DNA of 64,000 nucleotides from Convolutriloba macropyga (taxonomy: Eukaryota), in NCBI RefSeq assembly GCF_964194025.1, contig NC_134477.1, positions 38,750,001 to 38,814,000 on the forward strand. The letters run 5' to 3'. Below are positions 11,924-26,700 of this stretch, in pieces. A program made the translations under genes and the position numbers. Under the pieces are notes generated by a model that ran no database searches, was not told where the DNA came from, and saw only the letters and a list, made by a program, of their open reading frames with translations. Position 1 is the stretch's first letter; each line of letters starts with the position of its first letter.

Positions 11924-14900
11924 CAGAAAGAAGAAAGAAGTATCATCCATCTCCCGTGTTCCTCGTCATACAAAATTCTAGTCGTCATTCTAGGTCATAT
12001 ATGATTCTTAGTAATAATACTAGGGCATATATGATTTTGTATGAAATCTTGGTAGTCATACGAGGATCATTTACTGTTTCCCAGAGTTCATACAGGGATC
12101 ATGCAAAAAAAAATTCAGAGCCTAAAAACTGAATAATTTTCTTTTTTACCGAAGTTGAATAAATTTCATATAAACCATACCAGGCCATAAAATGGTGCCA
12201 GAAATTCTCGTATAATGTAGTCAGCGGGCATATTAAATTATTGCATCGCATTTACCATCCAAAATTGATTCTTTGTGTGCGCTAAAAGAAAAACTTTGCA
12301 ATTTGAACATTTTAACAAAACGAATTTGATGTTATGAGAATTTTTAATGTTTCTTATGAATGATCATGTATAAGTATTAACTAGCTTCAGAAAATATCAA
12401 AGTTTTCTTTTCGGACAAACTTTTTTATTTAATTCCCAACGTTGGAAAAGATTATGTACGTTAGGGTCTTTTGACGGATCACAAATTGATGCCCGGGAAT
12501 CGAATATGTAATGCCTTACCGAATTCAATCTTTAAAAAATTTACATGTAAAACAGATTTATGATTCTTGGTAATGACCTAAATTAATAAACAGTTTTTGG
12601 TGTAAATGAAGTGCAGCTAAACAGTAATTTTTTTTATATGTAATTGCTATAATGTGAGCAAAATAATAGAAATAAATTACTATTAAACTAATAGCAATAG
12701 CAATGACATTTAACTTTGAGTTTAAACAGCTGGGGGGATTTGCTCTAAATATTTTTCTCGTTTCATAAAGAGGGTTTTTTCAGCAACTTTTAAGTCTTGA
12801 TTCCATATACAGTTGGATTTTTGAGAAATGAATGTTTACTGATCAATTTTAATACAAATGTATCTATCAGCAATTGATAGTTACACGGCACTCTTCTTAA
12901 AGACGGTTTTTCAAAAATAACAATGCAATTACTCATTCTTCAACAAACTAAGGCTTTTTATACTTTAACCTATACTGAGTTATTTCGAATGATATACAAG
13001 TTGGTTTTTTTAGTCAGCACCAAAAAATCTAAAATTGATATAGCAGTACTATCTAAATATTACAAATGAAAGTGTAAAATAATTAAAGCTTCTAAAAACT
13101 TATGTAGAAACTTGTTGTTTAAATTTTTCTGCATACTGTTTTTCTCATAAAGATAATAAGTTTAATAAGTTTATAATAAAATGTAAAATGTACAAAAGTT
13201 TAATTTAAAATATAGTTTTTATAACTGGGCACTATGCAGTTTGAATTGTTTCCTACTGTCGTCTGACTTTGTTGCTTTCAAACCACCTTTGAAGTTGGTG
13301 TTCTAGTTACTTAAATAAACATTAGTTACTTGCTGATTTTTGGACTCTACTGGACGTAGCGTATGGAAATTGTATACCGCAATTTTTGTTATATCGCAGT
13401 TTTAATATACGGAATCTGAGGGACAAATTATGTAGCTAAATTCCAAAAAACGTACACATTGATCTTTCGGTGAATTTTGACGACAGAAAATTGAAGTAAT
13501 TCCCAAACAGTTCTTTCGTAAACATTTTTCATATTTTGAGCCAATTTTACATGTTTCTAGATACTTTTTGTGAAAACGATTCGTGAAGTGGACCGAATTG
13601 TCTTTCCCATCCTGTAAGAGGTGCTAGTCTGTAATGGACTTTAAATAAAAAAAATTGCTTGACGGAGATGTTTTTCAAAAAAAAAATCCTGAAAGAAATA
13701 GTTTTCAAGGTTATTCAGATTAATCATTAAAGATGAAAACCCTTTTATAATATATTTCAAAACCTTGTTGCTAGATCTTGTTAATCGATATCTGTTTGAT
13801 TCAAAAAATGTTTCTAATCAAATTTTTTCTGAAAGTTTTTGAAATTTTTAGAAACATAGATTGAGCAGTTAAATTTTTATTCTCCGCGTGGCAAATTATC
13901 AAATTATCACTTATTTGCTGATTGAATTTCGCAGTTAGAAAAATAACATTCCACGTAATCAGAAAACTAACTCGTTTGAAAATGGGACTCTTCACCAACT
14001 CCTCGTCTTATTGATGCTGTTGCCGATTAAATTATTTGTTACGTTTCACATGTTATACCAAGAACTAATGCTTAGAAAAATCAAAAAATAGTCACGAAAT
14101 ACTCTCTATAATCAAAAAAGTATTATCCTAGAAAGCAGAAGAGCACAACTCTGCGACGTACGACCACTTAATTCAGAAATCTACTAACCTAAGAATCAGA
14201 AAACTACCACCCGAAAAATCGGCAAGTACTAGACCGTAATTTGGTCACAAAAACCTAAGACAAAACAATAAATAGTAAAAACAAAACAGTAGACGGTCTC
14301 AGGAAACGCTTCAGCCTTTCTAGAAGTTTCAAGCACTGCCAATCTTTTAAACTCTGCAGATCAGGGGGTTCACTTTTGGTCCTCAATCGCACGTAATATT
14401 TACGAAATGCTCATCCTAAATCTGCATAGTATAAGCTTACGAACTATCTTACTGAATTCATATGACTGCAAGGTGTTTTCTCAAAAAATGTTGTTGTAGC
14501 TATTTTAGGAGCTCAGTGACTTCGTCTGATGGTTAACCTAGAACAGCTAAACTATAGCAAAATGGCTCAAGAAGCCAGCAAAGCATTGTTTATAAGGATT
14601 TGAATTGACGCTTCCGGATTCTGTCTTTTAACATGTTTTCAGATGAGCACTGGAATGCACGTTCAACAAACACAGGCTTGCCCTCGCTTTCGATGAACCA
14701 TGGCTTGACACACAAATGAAATAAGAACTTGCAAAAATTGTAATATTGCATAACTAAGTGATTGCATAAATCCCTTAACTGTTTTTTATCATCAGTTAGC
14801 GAATGTATAATTATTAAATTAATTCCAACTAAATCGATTTGTTCTTTTTGATATATCTTACAAATAATTTAAACACTATCTCGTACATATGCAAAAAGAC

Positions 14901-17231
14901 AATTGCAGACTCTAAACGCTTGTAGAACAATTAGTATCAATTTCAATTGTAAAATTGACCTCCATATAAATTTGGGTATCCCAGAGCTATTTCAAGCTAA
15001 CTATTCACTTCTCTTAATTTTGAATCATTTCGTTTGCAACAGTAGACCATCCATCATTACCTTACCAACTAGAGGTTTTGCACAGAATAAACAATTAAAA
15101 TCAAAACGAAGCAAAACTGCTGAAAATTTTTGATTTCGATTTATTTTCAAGAGTAAGTACTTAAAAGGATCATAGGAAAAAAGGACAAATACTGTCCAAA
15201 TTTTGAACTTAACGACTCGTTTGGGTCTTTGACTACTATCAAACAAGACGATAGTGAGCGATGATGTTCTTTGCACAGTTAATAGGAGAAAACCGTAAAA
15301 AATATCCATACCGCACTCAAGATATGCAAAATATCCGCTGTACCGTCCTGCTTTTCAATTCGTTCAAAACGAATTTTTTTTCTAACACTGCGTCCTACTC
15401 CCTCAAGTAGAAGACTTTAAGACTTTATGATTGAGATATATCAATGACGTCATTTAACGACCCTCCCATGATTCACCTCTCCATTGACTTGTTTGTGATT
15501 GATTTGAGTTCTGGTAAGTTTTATGTGCAGCATGCTCGCTGCTAAAATTTAATTACTATATATGTTTCGGTGGTAATTATGAATGGTAGTTTTGATCAAA
15601 CCAGCCGTAGTTACAGGTAGAATTAATAAGTAGATTTGTTGTCTCAGATAGCCTTTTAAGTTTCCATTTGGCAATCGGAAGCTCTCATCGGAAACAACAA
15701 TGGTGACATCGGAGCAGACTTCGTTCGATATAACGCCCTTCGCTTATTTATTTATTCATTAATTTTTCATTCTGTATCGTGTTTCATAAGCTTACCCGAT
15801 ACGTCACTATTGTGGCCATATCCTTCCTTCGGCATGTTTTATTTTCACGTCATTCATCATAATTACGCCGAAAGTTTCTTCCCCTGATTTTTATTTAAAG
15901 TAAAAAAAAAGCCTTTTTTTCTTTCGTTAGCCTGTGTACCCCTCGTTGCATGATTTAGCCTTGAATTTTTTTGTAAATTTATTCTGGATTATATTTGCAA
16001 CCCTGTGAATTGAGCCGGATTTGTCAACCAGCAACATTGATAGCAGTACATTTTAAAACTTGATTTCGCACTTTTTGGATCTTACATAAATCTTTGCAAT
16101 CCAGTTTAATTTAAAAACCCGAAGGGTTTGTGAGGCATTCAAGCTTACAATAGTAATGACAAAAATCAATAAAAACTTAAATTTGCAAATGGAAACTATC
16201 AACGTTGCGTTGCTAATGACTGTGTTCACGCCAGCTCATGACAAAATCAAATTGAAGTCATAGTTAAAGTAAATTTGTAATAAAGCGCGTTTTAAGTTAA
16301 AATCACGAATATCAAAAAAATTATGAAACTTTCAAGCTTGGAATGTCTTTTGGGCCTCCTTTAACAAACTGCAGAAGCCAATTCTGAGTTTTAGTGTAAG
16401 TACATTTCAGATATCCGATCTCGGAGTTCAATAACTTTCTGCCTGGAAATCTAATACTCAGTTAGTGAAGGCATATCTGAGTTTATCCTTTAAGACTTTT
16501 CAGTATATGCAATGTAAAGTTTTTTTTTCTGTTTCCTTGTTTAATTGAATACAGGGTTTCCTTGCATATGCTAATTGCCTGCAGTATGAATAATCATTCT
16601 GAAGCAAGGAAAAATAGGATAAATAACAATCTCATATTTTGTCTACGGACCAACAATGCATGTGCAATACTCTTTAGATTATGTGCCTATAATCATAGTT
16701 ATCCATAATACTGTTTTCAAACTTTCTTAACATTTCTTTCTCAATTCAAAAGTACACCTTAATGTCTATTGCGAGTAAATTTTGATTTAGTTTTTTTTTA
16801 AAATCTTTATCATACGTTTTATTGATTTGGAATTTTTTCGATTCATTTGTCTGCCTATATTATTCATCAATCGTCCCTTGCTTTTCAGGTACGGCTCAGT
16901 TTTTCTTTCTCATTGTTCGGCAACCCAGGCAGATGGTGAATTAAAAAATTAATTCCCGTTTCTCAGCAGTAAAGTATTTTGATCGGTACAATCAATATAA
17001 TCAATAGTTTTCCAAAAAACAGAAGAAATTTTGCACTTTGTATTTTGCCCGGAAAAACTACCAGTACTGGCGCTAAGGTGCTGTTTCTACCAAAAAAGTT
17101 ATGTAGTCCTTCCCATGGTATATCCCTCTCCCAAGCCAAGATCAATTTGTACATATCGTTTAGTGTAGCAATTACAGTAAGATTCCCAGGTTTCCCGAAC
17201 TTGGAAAACTTAGTAAGGCTGTAAAATGGCA

Positions 17232-17446
17232 CCCTATAAGTCAGAGATGAAAACCGTACTAAGTTTCTGATAAGTTAACAACAGCGCCGTGCACGGCCAT
17301 ATTAAAATTTCTAAGTTGCCTCCTTAAGGCCGTATTAAAATTAAAAGGAACCGACTTAAGCCTTATCAAAATTAATGAGGTTCCATATTAATGCCTTACA
17401 AATATTAATATGGTGCCATACTAAATTCATATCAATATTAACAGGG
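17232..17446. mobile_element. Short MITE, CCCT...AGGG termini
   Basis: CCCTATAA...TTAACAGGG ends with internal (g)ccgta/taaggc motifs; flanks CA and TA. Confidence 0.45.
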
Positions 17447-17618
17447 TAAGAAAATGATAAAATAGCTTTAGGATTTCTCTAAAAACTCTCATCTCCTACT
17501 TTCTCAATACGCCATTGGGACCAGCAGTGATGGATTTACTGAGGTAGTTATAGGAAAATTGAACATAAATAAACATTAAAACAACGCCCTTTAGTTCTCC
17601 TCAAACAAACCAAAACAG

Positions 17619-17619
<1 letters not shown>

Positions 17620-17662
<43 letters not shown>
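17620..17662. repeat. (TA)n microsatellite
   Basis: Directly visible. Confidence 0.95.
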
Positions 17663-17663
<1 letters not shown>

Positions 17664-18168
17664 ATTATTATATTAGGCAGCACAATTGTAAATATCCAGC
17701 ACTCTCAAATCCGTTAAACCTGATTCGCTCCGCGATTCGGCATAATAAAAGAATTCACTTGAATAGCGCCGCGTATTAACATAATTTCCAATCGTACAGT
17801 GAGCGTGGATTAACTTTTTAAGCCGAATTTTAGCCAAAAATCGACATTTCTTGATTTTTCAGATTTGGCAAATGTCGAACATCATTCGGGGAAAAATCCT
17901 TAAAAAAGAAAACACCCATTAATTTGCAGAGAGGGACACCAAGTAATTTTTCATCAAATAACTTTCTAAAGCAACGAAAAGTTTAAGAGTCGAGTAAAAA
18001 GTTAAGTACAATGTTAAATCCCAACAGCACAACTTTACCGTCTTTTTTCCGGTAATTACAGGCGCCTTTCTCTGCTCTCCTTTTAGTAAACAACTGAGAA
18101 CGTTCCGCTAATCTGAATGTGTGCATGTGTATGTTCATGTTTCAGTTACTATAAGTAGGTGTTTTTAT

Positions 18169-18171
<3 letters not shown>

Positions 18172-18240
<69 letters not shown>
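18172..18240. repeat. (TA)n microsatellite
   Basis: Directly visible. Confidence 0.95.
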
Positions 18241-18244
<4 letters not shown>

Positions 18245-20399
18245 GCTAGTCAAATTATCAGAATTTCAGCTAATCCCCGAGTCCAATTTTGAAAAAAATG
18301 ACTTTTTTGCCATTTTGATTGTTGGCTTCCAACCTCACATAGGCTCAATCAGGAAATCGACTTTTTATTTTTCACAAGTTGCACTTCAAAAACAAGCTGT
18401 CAAAAATTTTTGTTAATCAATTTTTTCAAGTCAAAGCTTGAAAATTCAAATAAAAAATGAATCAGGTCTTCGCATACATAGATCGAGACGTTTGATGAAG
18501 CTGGATCAATGTCTTCAACTAGAACAATTGTAAGGCTCTTCGTTTTGCCTCGAGAACGGCGTTTTCATTATGTATTCACGTTTAGCTAACAAATTTAATC
18601 CCCTTTACGTTGTGTTTGATATTTGTGTGGTTTGGCGGGTTTTTGCGAAAAGACGTGTAAAAGCTGCTCTTACACATATGACAATGAAAGTTTTTTACCG
18701 TCCATTTTGTCTCAATTGTTCAAAATCTGCCGGGATGTTACGTATATGCTGGTAGTTTTCGTGACATTTGTTAATCGCATTATCGTACTTAACCAAAGCA
18801 AAACCGGATACTCAATTGATCTCAATAACTTATCGTTCAGCATTGCCATCAATAATTTTTAAAAAGGAATATCAAAGTTATTCCAAGTTGAAAAAGTTAA
18901 TTTATAAAAGTTTTGTTGCACATCTAAACCCTAAATCGACCTCAGAAAATACTTTTCCAATAATTTTTGGCAAAAACACTGGGCTGTTGCTATGAAAAAT
19001 TTCAATTTGCTACAATTTTAAAAAAAAATCCAAACATAATCATATATTTTTTTTAAATTGGCTTTAATAATACCAATATTGAAAAGGTATTTGTCTATTG
19101 TATAAGCAGCAGGCGAATCTGATTTCTTTACTTTGTATGTAACTTTGAAGTTACGCTTACGCAGAAAGAAAGTTTGAGAGTTTCAGAAGTCAAAGTTGGT
19201 TAAACTGTAATATCAATAAGTTGATATACGGAATCAAGACTCAGTAACAAGTACTTAATGACCGAAAAAGGAATAGCATTTTAACAGGCACACTTTTTTG
19301 TTTAAGTCTACAAAGTTTTTGAATTTTGTCAGTCTATTTGGTAGTTTTCCAAGCTCTTTTTATACTCTAAGTTACGTAATCTACATGTCGATTTTCAACA
19401 ATGATTAGTTATAGAGAAGAAAGTCGAAAAGTCGTCGAAAAGGACCTCGCTCAAGTTCTTTTTCGCGGCCCTTTAAAACACACTTTCATATCATTACATC
19501 CAAAGAATTTTTATCAGAAAGAAAAAAGGAAGTTTATGTAGAAACAGCAACTTTTGTTCGCCTTAAAATGTCTTCTTATTTCCGATTTAGTGTTTCTCTG
19601 AATCGGAAAATTTTTGCAAACAGTTAAATGGGCTCTGAAAATTCGAACCCGCTCTGACTTGAAACTGTTTATCGTTATACGCCGTGATTGTTATGTTTTG
19701 GGAAACTTTAATTACGCATCAGATTGTGTTCTCGCTATTAATCAGCTTTATAACGGGTTTGAGACAACCAACGCGACAAAGGTAAGACAACATTTGACAT
19801 CCTACAAAATTTTCAGAGGGCATCATAATCTAAAATGCGCTTCAATATCTTTGAACACCCTAGTCTAGTCCTCGAACTTTTTTGTCTATATTTTTGACTA
19901 TAGTTAAATTTTTTAACTATTAATTTTCCGCTTCCTTCTGGTTTTTAGATAACTTCTGGACCCCGGTTGTAGAATCATATACTATCAATTTTTGTTACAA
20001 ATGCATTGACAGGTTGAAATTCTGATAAAATGTGTTTCGGCACATTCAGCTTTGATCTAAATATTTAACATAATCAGCATCATATAACCATTACACCGGA
20101 TATCAGAAAAAAGTCAGCCATGATCAAACAGACTACAGACATGTATCACTTTCTGCAGAGTCACGTGACCATGCTCAAAACGCAAAACGTGCACGTTTTA
20201 AAATGACGAAAGTCAACGGAAGTCAACTTTTTAAATCAACTTAAGTCTACTTTTTTAACCTTTTTTAAATCATTTCATTCTTATCTGCGGTCGAAAGGCA
20301 CTACAACCTTTAGCTGCTCGCATTAGGTGAGTTGGTTCAATCAGCAAAATCAGAAGTTAGGCTCCGTCAACAAGGCAAACTGAATAAAGATTCACCATT

Positions 20400-22520
20400 T
20401 TTTGCAGTAAAAAAAGATTCGAACACTTTGTCTGTCACCATCAAAAATCGTTTGCGTTGGTCCGAAATTCCTTTCCTAGTTATATAGGATGCATCTAACA
20501 TCCTGAAGGTGTCAATAACTGGAATAAGTTTTTTCACTAAAGTGCAAAGTCTGTGCTTGTTTTCTGCAAGCGTGGGAAAGTACAGGTAGTGGTAGTTGAA
20601 TTAAAGATGAACTGATTTTGGACATGGAGAGCCGTTGGATATACTGCGCTTCCAGATGAAGCAACTTTGATGGAGCCAAAAAACAGTTAAAGAAGCAATG
20701 GAAGCGTTTGCTTCTCGGGCCAAAAAATTTTGTCTTGGAGAAGAGTTTGATCCTTCACAAAATTAGATTGAAAAAAGGAGGATTTCTCGGTGGCTGGAAA
20801 GAGGCAGCTGCTAATTGCTGTCATGGGAGTGGCAAGCAGCATAGTGCAAGCTATGAAAATAACATTTGAAGTCTCCAAAAGGTCAAAAAGCCATAGCACG
20901 CTACAATTTACACATAGAACTCCATTTTTTCGAGTCAGCTTTACAAACTTCCGGAATTTCACGTCATCTGGCATCCTATAACTTAATTTGAAAGCAAATT
21001 AAGGAAAATTTGTACAAGGCTTCTGATACAGTGGCTTCGCCAATAATACAGACATGAAAATCAAACTGTGGGAAACATTAGATTTTCTAACAATCTAAGG
21101 AAAGAATTTTCGACCGTGAACTCATGAAGTGTAAGTGCGAGCTGTGGTCAACTCAAAACTTGAAGAAGTTTTCATAGTCTGTTTAAGGGAACAGCTTAGA
21201 GGAAATTGAAATTTCTGTAGCTACTTTGAGCTCTGATGCATCTAATTCCTCTTGTGTACTGAAACGCAATGAAAATTGGAGGGATTTGAAGAAAGACATT
21301 GTAGCATATGTGGCCAAAAATAATGCGATCTCGGTATCCCGAATTTTTCTCGGCATCCAAAGTGGGTCCCCAAAAAGTTATTTTGATTGTAATGCATTTC
21401 TCTCTTAAGTGGGTGAAAGAAAATCAGGAAGAAATATTTTTGCTTCAGTCAACTGCATTTAAAACAGTGTTACGGCTCTCATTTTCAGGTAGCTCATGCC
21501 TTCCGTCAGCATTACTTCCAATAAAAGAATCAATTGTTGGAATAAAAAATTAGTTAATCAATTTTAGCTTATGTTAGTTCTTTTTTCTTTTTTTATGTTA
21601 GTTCTTTTTTCTTTTTTTTTGATCTGGTAGACAACTAAGAGGAAAAATATTCAAATAACAAGGGCTGATTTCGTTGGCAACTTAGACATATTTTATCCAT
21701 GCAGCCTTCTGAGAGGGGAAATCAGGAGAAATTGATAACTCTACTTACAAGAGCTTGCGAAGCAAACTAACTCCCACTGGAAAAAAAGCACTTTGCTATC
21801 TCCTTCGTTACTGCAATAAAATATCTAGTTTTTGAAGGATCCCACTGATACTCTGGGGCTACATTCATCTACGAATTGGTATTATGTTTCTCTAAAATTT
21901 GGCTGGTTGTATAATTATTCGAGAAAAGGAGAAAATATCCGTTTTGGTAATATGCGACCACACAAAAATAGTGATCATGCCCTTTCATACAATTGCCTGG
22001 TTGATATAACCACTCGCAATGATCGTGCACAAAAAAATTATCTCAGCTTGGCGGGGAGCCAATAGAGTTGATGGGGAGAGGGGAAGAAAAATTTATCTAC
22101 CGAACAGCAACCTAGTGTTGTTCAGCATTTTCTTTCACCTGTATGGAGCCCGCGTCATCCAGCAGCATTAGACTTTATCGTCACGTCACCCTTGCAACCA
22201 AAGCTTTTTAAAAAATTGCGGCCTTGAGAAAGTGCTTTTGCCCTTGTCAGTTGCTGAGGACGGGAAGTACGAACGTACGCTCAAATATTATTTGTAGCGA
22301 AGCTCGAAGCCAACCCAATTTTTTGGCTTTTACGTCCTTCGGTAGAGTTTTGGAGACATTCCGAAGTCCCTAAAACAAAATGGTCATCATGTTTGATAGC
22401 AGAAGTATGCGTACCGTTATGTTTCTGTAGCTTTTCTTAAGATACCATTTAGCCTCTGTTTTAGTAAAACGCGGGTCCGAAATCATGCTGGTTGAAGGAG
22501 GCGCGAGATTATAGGCACAT
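20400..22520 (+). mobile_element. Degenerate CRE-clade non-LTR retrotransposon (RT, zinc knuckle, restriction-like endonuclease)
   Basis: Frameshifted peptides in the expected order: IAVMGVASSIVQAM (~20815, RT), LPIK (~21515), DHALSYNC...TRND (~21972, CCHC remnant), WSPRHPAALDFIVTSPLQ (~22144, RLE), LASVLVKRGSEIML (~22450). Ends approximate. Confidence 0.65.
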
Positions 22521-22958
22521 ATAGAACGCGAGGAGTGATTTGAATTTTTTTCTCACTCAATAAGAAGTGACTCTTGTTTGAAAGATTCATCAACCAATGA
22601 GCGGTCACAATTGACACTTATCAGTTCTTTGATGTCTCATGCAATGAGTGGCGAGCTCAACATTTTATATCTTTTTGTATGAGCCGAAAATAAAAGATGA
22701 GAATAATTTTGGAAGCGAAAACTGCAGAGAAACTTTGAAAGAGGGCAGTGATAGTGATTCTATTGTTGATTTGAACTGAACTGATAGTAACCACAGTGAC
22801 TGATTGCAAACCCAGATTTGATTAATAAAACACATTAGAAATTATCCATAATAAGTTCTTCTTTGTAAAGAGTTGTTTTCTCCATTGACCCAAACACGCG
22901 CACATGATTTGGCGTTGAAATTAAGTACCTATAATTGAGTCTTCGCTTTTTAAATATA

Positions 22959-23358
22959 ATGAGCTCTTCGAATTGTGGTCCACTATTGCTTATCACACTC
23001 ATTTGTGCAAGTTTTTTTAGCTACGGGTCAGTCAGATTGTCACTGATCAACGTAACAGATAGTAAGATTTCAATTTCAATTTTTCTTCAGGGCGCTAATG
23101 AATGTTGATTTCCAGCCATCAATTGTCATAACTGATCACAACTTAACAGAGTTTGTCGCTAAAAGCAGAACAGATTGTGCAATTGCTTGCAACTTTAACG
23201 AATTGTGCAACTCTTACAACTTCTGCCATGGGAAGATTTGTCGTCTCCATTGGAAAACAATAGAAAGTTCCTGCTCTGGGGTCCGCAGTGAAGATGGTAA
23301 CTGTGTTTATCTTGGGGTGCACAAACAAAATCTAGAGTTCGTATTGACGCAATTCTAA
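22959..23358 (+). pseudogene. Secreted PAN/apple-domain protein fragment, disrupted
   Basis: Signal-peptide-like MSSSNCGPLLLITLICASF from ATG 22959; PAN-like Cys spacing SRTDCAIACNFNELCNSYNFC...C...C...CVYLG in 23098-23358; the two parts are not in a continuous open frame. Confidence 0.55.
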
Positions 23359-25689
23359 AAATACACTGAGCACATCGCTTTTGAAACGGTTTAGTAATTC
23401 GTCAAAGAGGTCCGCTATAATTTGTTATCATAAACTGCTTCTATAGCCGTAAAGATCATAATGCATAATGATTTAAGTTATTACGTGAAACGTTATTATT
23501 ACTTTCAAAATTGAGGGACAAACTGAAAAGCTTGAAGGCTTTCCAAATCTCTGGATCGGGATAATGAGCCGAATGATTCAAGAATTTTCAATGTGTTATA
23601 TGCGAGAAAACCCAAAGCTATCTCTTTAATTTAAATTTAAACAAGGAGGCTCAGCAATGTGCGTTTTCACATGATGTTCCGAGCCCCTTCAACCACGTTT
23701 TTGACTTAATTGTACACAAAATGAGGAAAAGATAGAAAACTTTCAAAAAATCATTTTTATTCGAAAATAATTAGTTTATCCAATTGAAAAATCGCTTTAG
23801 CGTTAACCACTATACACATAAAACAATAACCCATCAGAATGCCCATGATAACTCAATAAGGAGCGTAAGAGATAACACGAACAACTAAATAAAAGAAAAA
23901 CATTACGCTTTAATTACGACCAAAACTCAATGTCTATCCTTTTTTTCCAAAAATTTAAAGAAATTTCAAAATAGCATTAGATGACAAGTCAGCTAAACCA
24001 CAAAAAGTGCATTTCACCAGACAAGATATGGGATCTGCCTAATTAAAAAATTAACAAGAAGGCTGAAAAAATGGCAAAAGTAGAAAATAAGTTTAAACTT
24101 TCTGAAGCAATTAAATTCAAAGTCGTGGAATCAATTATCTATCAAACTAAATAATTCCACGCCTTCTTTTATACCTTGAAAAATCATTGAGACCATTATT
24201 TAGAATCTCATTCGACTAAAAAGAAACAAAAACAGACAAAAATCAAAGGTCATTTCATTTTGGCGAAGAAACGGCGCCGAAACCTTTCAGGTCAAAATCT
24301 TTTCACTAAATCACTAAATATAATCAATTGCGCTTTAATTTAAAACCATTACGGTGATATGAAAAATGTCATTCGCCATCAGTGTGATGTTCGGACAAGA
24401 CAGCGAAGAGAAACAGGAAAACCAGAAAACGTCAGAAAATAAATAAATGTTATTAGAATTGGTAGTATTAACCAAAAAAAACGTTATTTAAATAACAAAA
24501 AAGCAATTCAGACTTCATTTTAGTTCACTTGAGAAAACAATGAGACCTCTATCTTTAAGGAAACTACGCTACAAGTATGCAGAAATAAGATTGAAAATTC
24601 TCAAAAGACAATTTCTTTTAACAATTTTTTTAAAATCCTAATACATAACAACTGTATACTTTCGGCTAAAAATGGTAAATAGTTCAATCTGTTACTGCTT
24701 AGGAAGCCAACTGTACATGTCTATTATTTTAAGCAAACGGCATTGAAGCTAAACACCAGATGATTTTTGCTGAAATCAGTTTGTATGTCCTTTGGCCTCC
24801 CCTTGTAACTATATATGACCTTCAATCTGACCTCATACTCGACTTGAAACCATTCTGGTCAGTAACTAACATAAAAAAAAACAAAAAAGCAGAAAAAAAT
24901 CACAAATTAATGCAGTGCCCCATGGAAATCCGAATTATTTTTGAACTATAAAATTCCATAACTGGATCAACACTTGCCATGCTCTTGGAATTTTTTTCTT
25001 AAAAGCAAAAGTGTATCAAATGTTACCGAAGAAGCTAATTTGACCAAAAAATCATTATTTCAAATATAAATAATGGATTTTGGACACTTATCGAGTTATA
25101 TTACCAAAAAAAAATTCTGTATTATTTGTAAGCTTTGGTTAGATTTAATAGTTCCACAGACAAAAACTAGGCATTTAATTAATCATGACTAGTTATGACA
25201 TTACAACCAACATCAAATGCTGAAACATCTCAAGAATTAAAAAAAAGTTATAAAAAACATTTGTTGGTGCTATAAAAACGCTGAGGCTTACTCATGAAAC
25301 ACAATATTTTTTCATTAGAACTCATTAAAACATAAAGGAGCCTCATAAAAATGAACTTTTAAATGAAAATAATCTTTCTTGTTGTTGATTTGAAAAAAGG
25401 CAAAAAACTTTAAAGAGACAGATCCAAAAATACAATTCGAATCATTTTTATTGCAATACTCAACAATTAGTCTAAAACTGGTCCTGCTATCGTTGCGCGC
25501 TGATAAAAACGCAAGTGTTCTAGAACATTGTCGTGCAAAACATTGACAAATCAAGGAAAGTTCGGCTACTGTTCACAAATCTTTAAACCTCAGTAACTCC
25601 TTGGAAAAAGCAAAATTGTTAAAAAAAACCTTTAGTTTGAAGTTCTACGCTGGACAGGCTTTCTCATTGCATCACTCACAATCCTGTGC

Positions 25690-26700
25690 GATGAATATAT
25701 TGATATGCGAAACTTGACTTAAAGAAAAACCCAGTTGATTATATAGTTCCTCCCCCATTAAAGTGGACCGGAAGAACAAGATTTTGAAAACTGAACAATT
25801 TGACGTTCAGGGGCCTATTCCGGAGGCTTATTTTAGGGGCCTGAAACATTTTTTCAGCAACCATGTTGAGAACAAACGAATAATATGAAACGTATGTTGA
25901 AACAAGGTTTTGATACACAGGTTCCAATTAAATGTCTAAACGACTGACCGAGATGAGTGTGTTTGTTATTTCTCTCTTTTCAAAATTATTTTTGTATTAA
26001 TTTCGTTTAACAAAACATTTGACTACATTGCACGGTTCTTATAACGTTGAGCACTGTGAAAAATTAGTTGGTAGGAAAAAATCTGGCAATGAAGAATGTT
26101 TATCTTGTAAGATGTCTTGTAATCATAAATACACAGGATGATGTCCGTGCCTTCCGTCTGGTCAATGGCAATTCTTGGTCTGTTCGGTCTTGCAAATACC
26201 CACATTTTGTTCTGTTTTACCATAAGAGATGCCGGTCCTCTGCAATATCTATAAACGTGTTCGGCATAGGCTGTTTTCCAAAATAACAGCCCATGATTGT
26301 TAACCAACATCTACTTCTAGATGATTATGAGCGGAAAATTTATTGCGTAAGATTAGGTATGATTTTACTGGTATTAGATCGTGTTAAGATTTAGACGACT
26401 GAAACTTTTTGCCAGCATCTACTCTGATCTTACAAGAGAAACTTTTCCCGCAGAATCAATGGAGCAAAAATAAAGAGTGAGGTTCAATTAGCGTGTTGAC
26501 AACAATGTTGGTGTATAATCATCTCAATTGACTCCGAACAGCATCAGATCTAAACTTCCACATTAAGACACAGAGCTCAGAGCAAGCCTCATACCGATTT
26601 AGAGTTTTTTGTACATGTCACCGCAAAGATATACCTATAAAGAGTTCCATAAGCCATCACACATCAAGAATTGAAACTTGAAGCGGAAGATCAAAACTTG
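25690..26700 (+). mobile_element. Highly degenerate Ty3/gypsy RT-RNaseH remnant
   Basis: Faint motifs: YIDMRNL (~25697), IKVDRKNKILKT (~25757) followed by G...PE.FFQ-like, and HVTAKDIPI-like (~26614). Confidence 0.3.

Noticed and set aside
11305-12132. Three adjacent plus-strand ORFs of 76-100 aa
   Set aside because: Low complexity, one is driven by a microsatellite, and no recognisable motif.
18159-18416. YIYIYI-rich ORF
   Set aside because: Translation of a (TA)n microsatellite.
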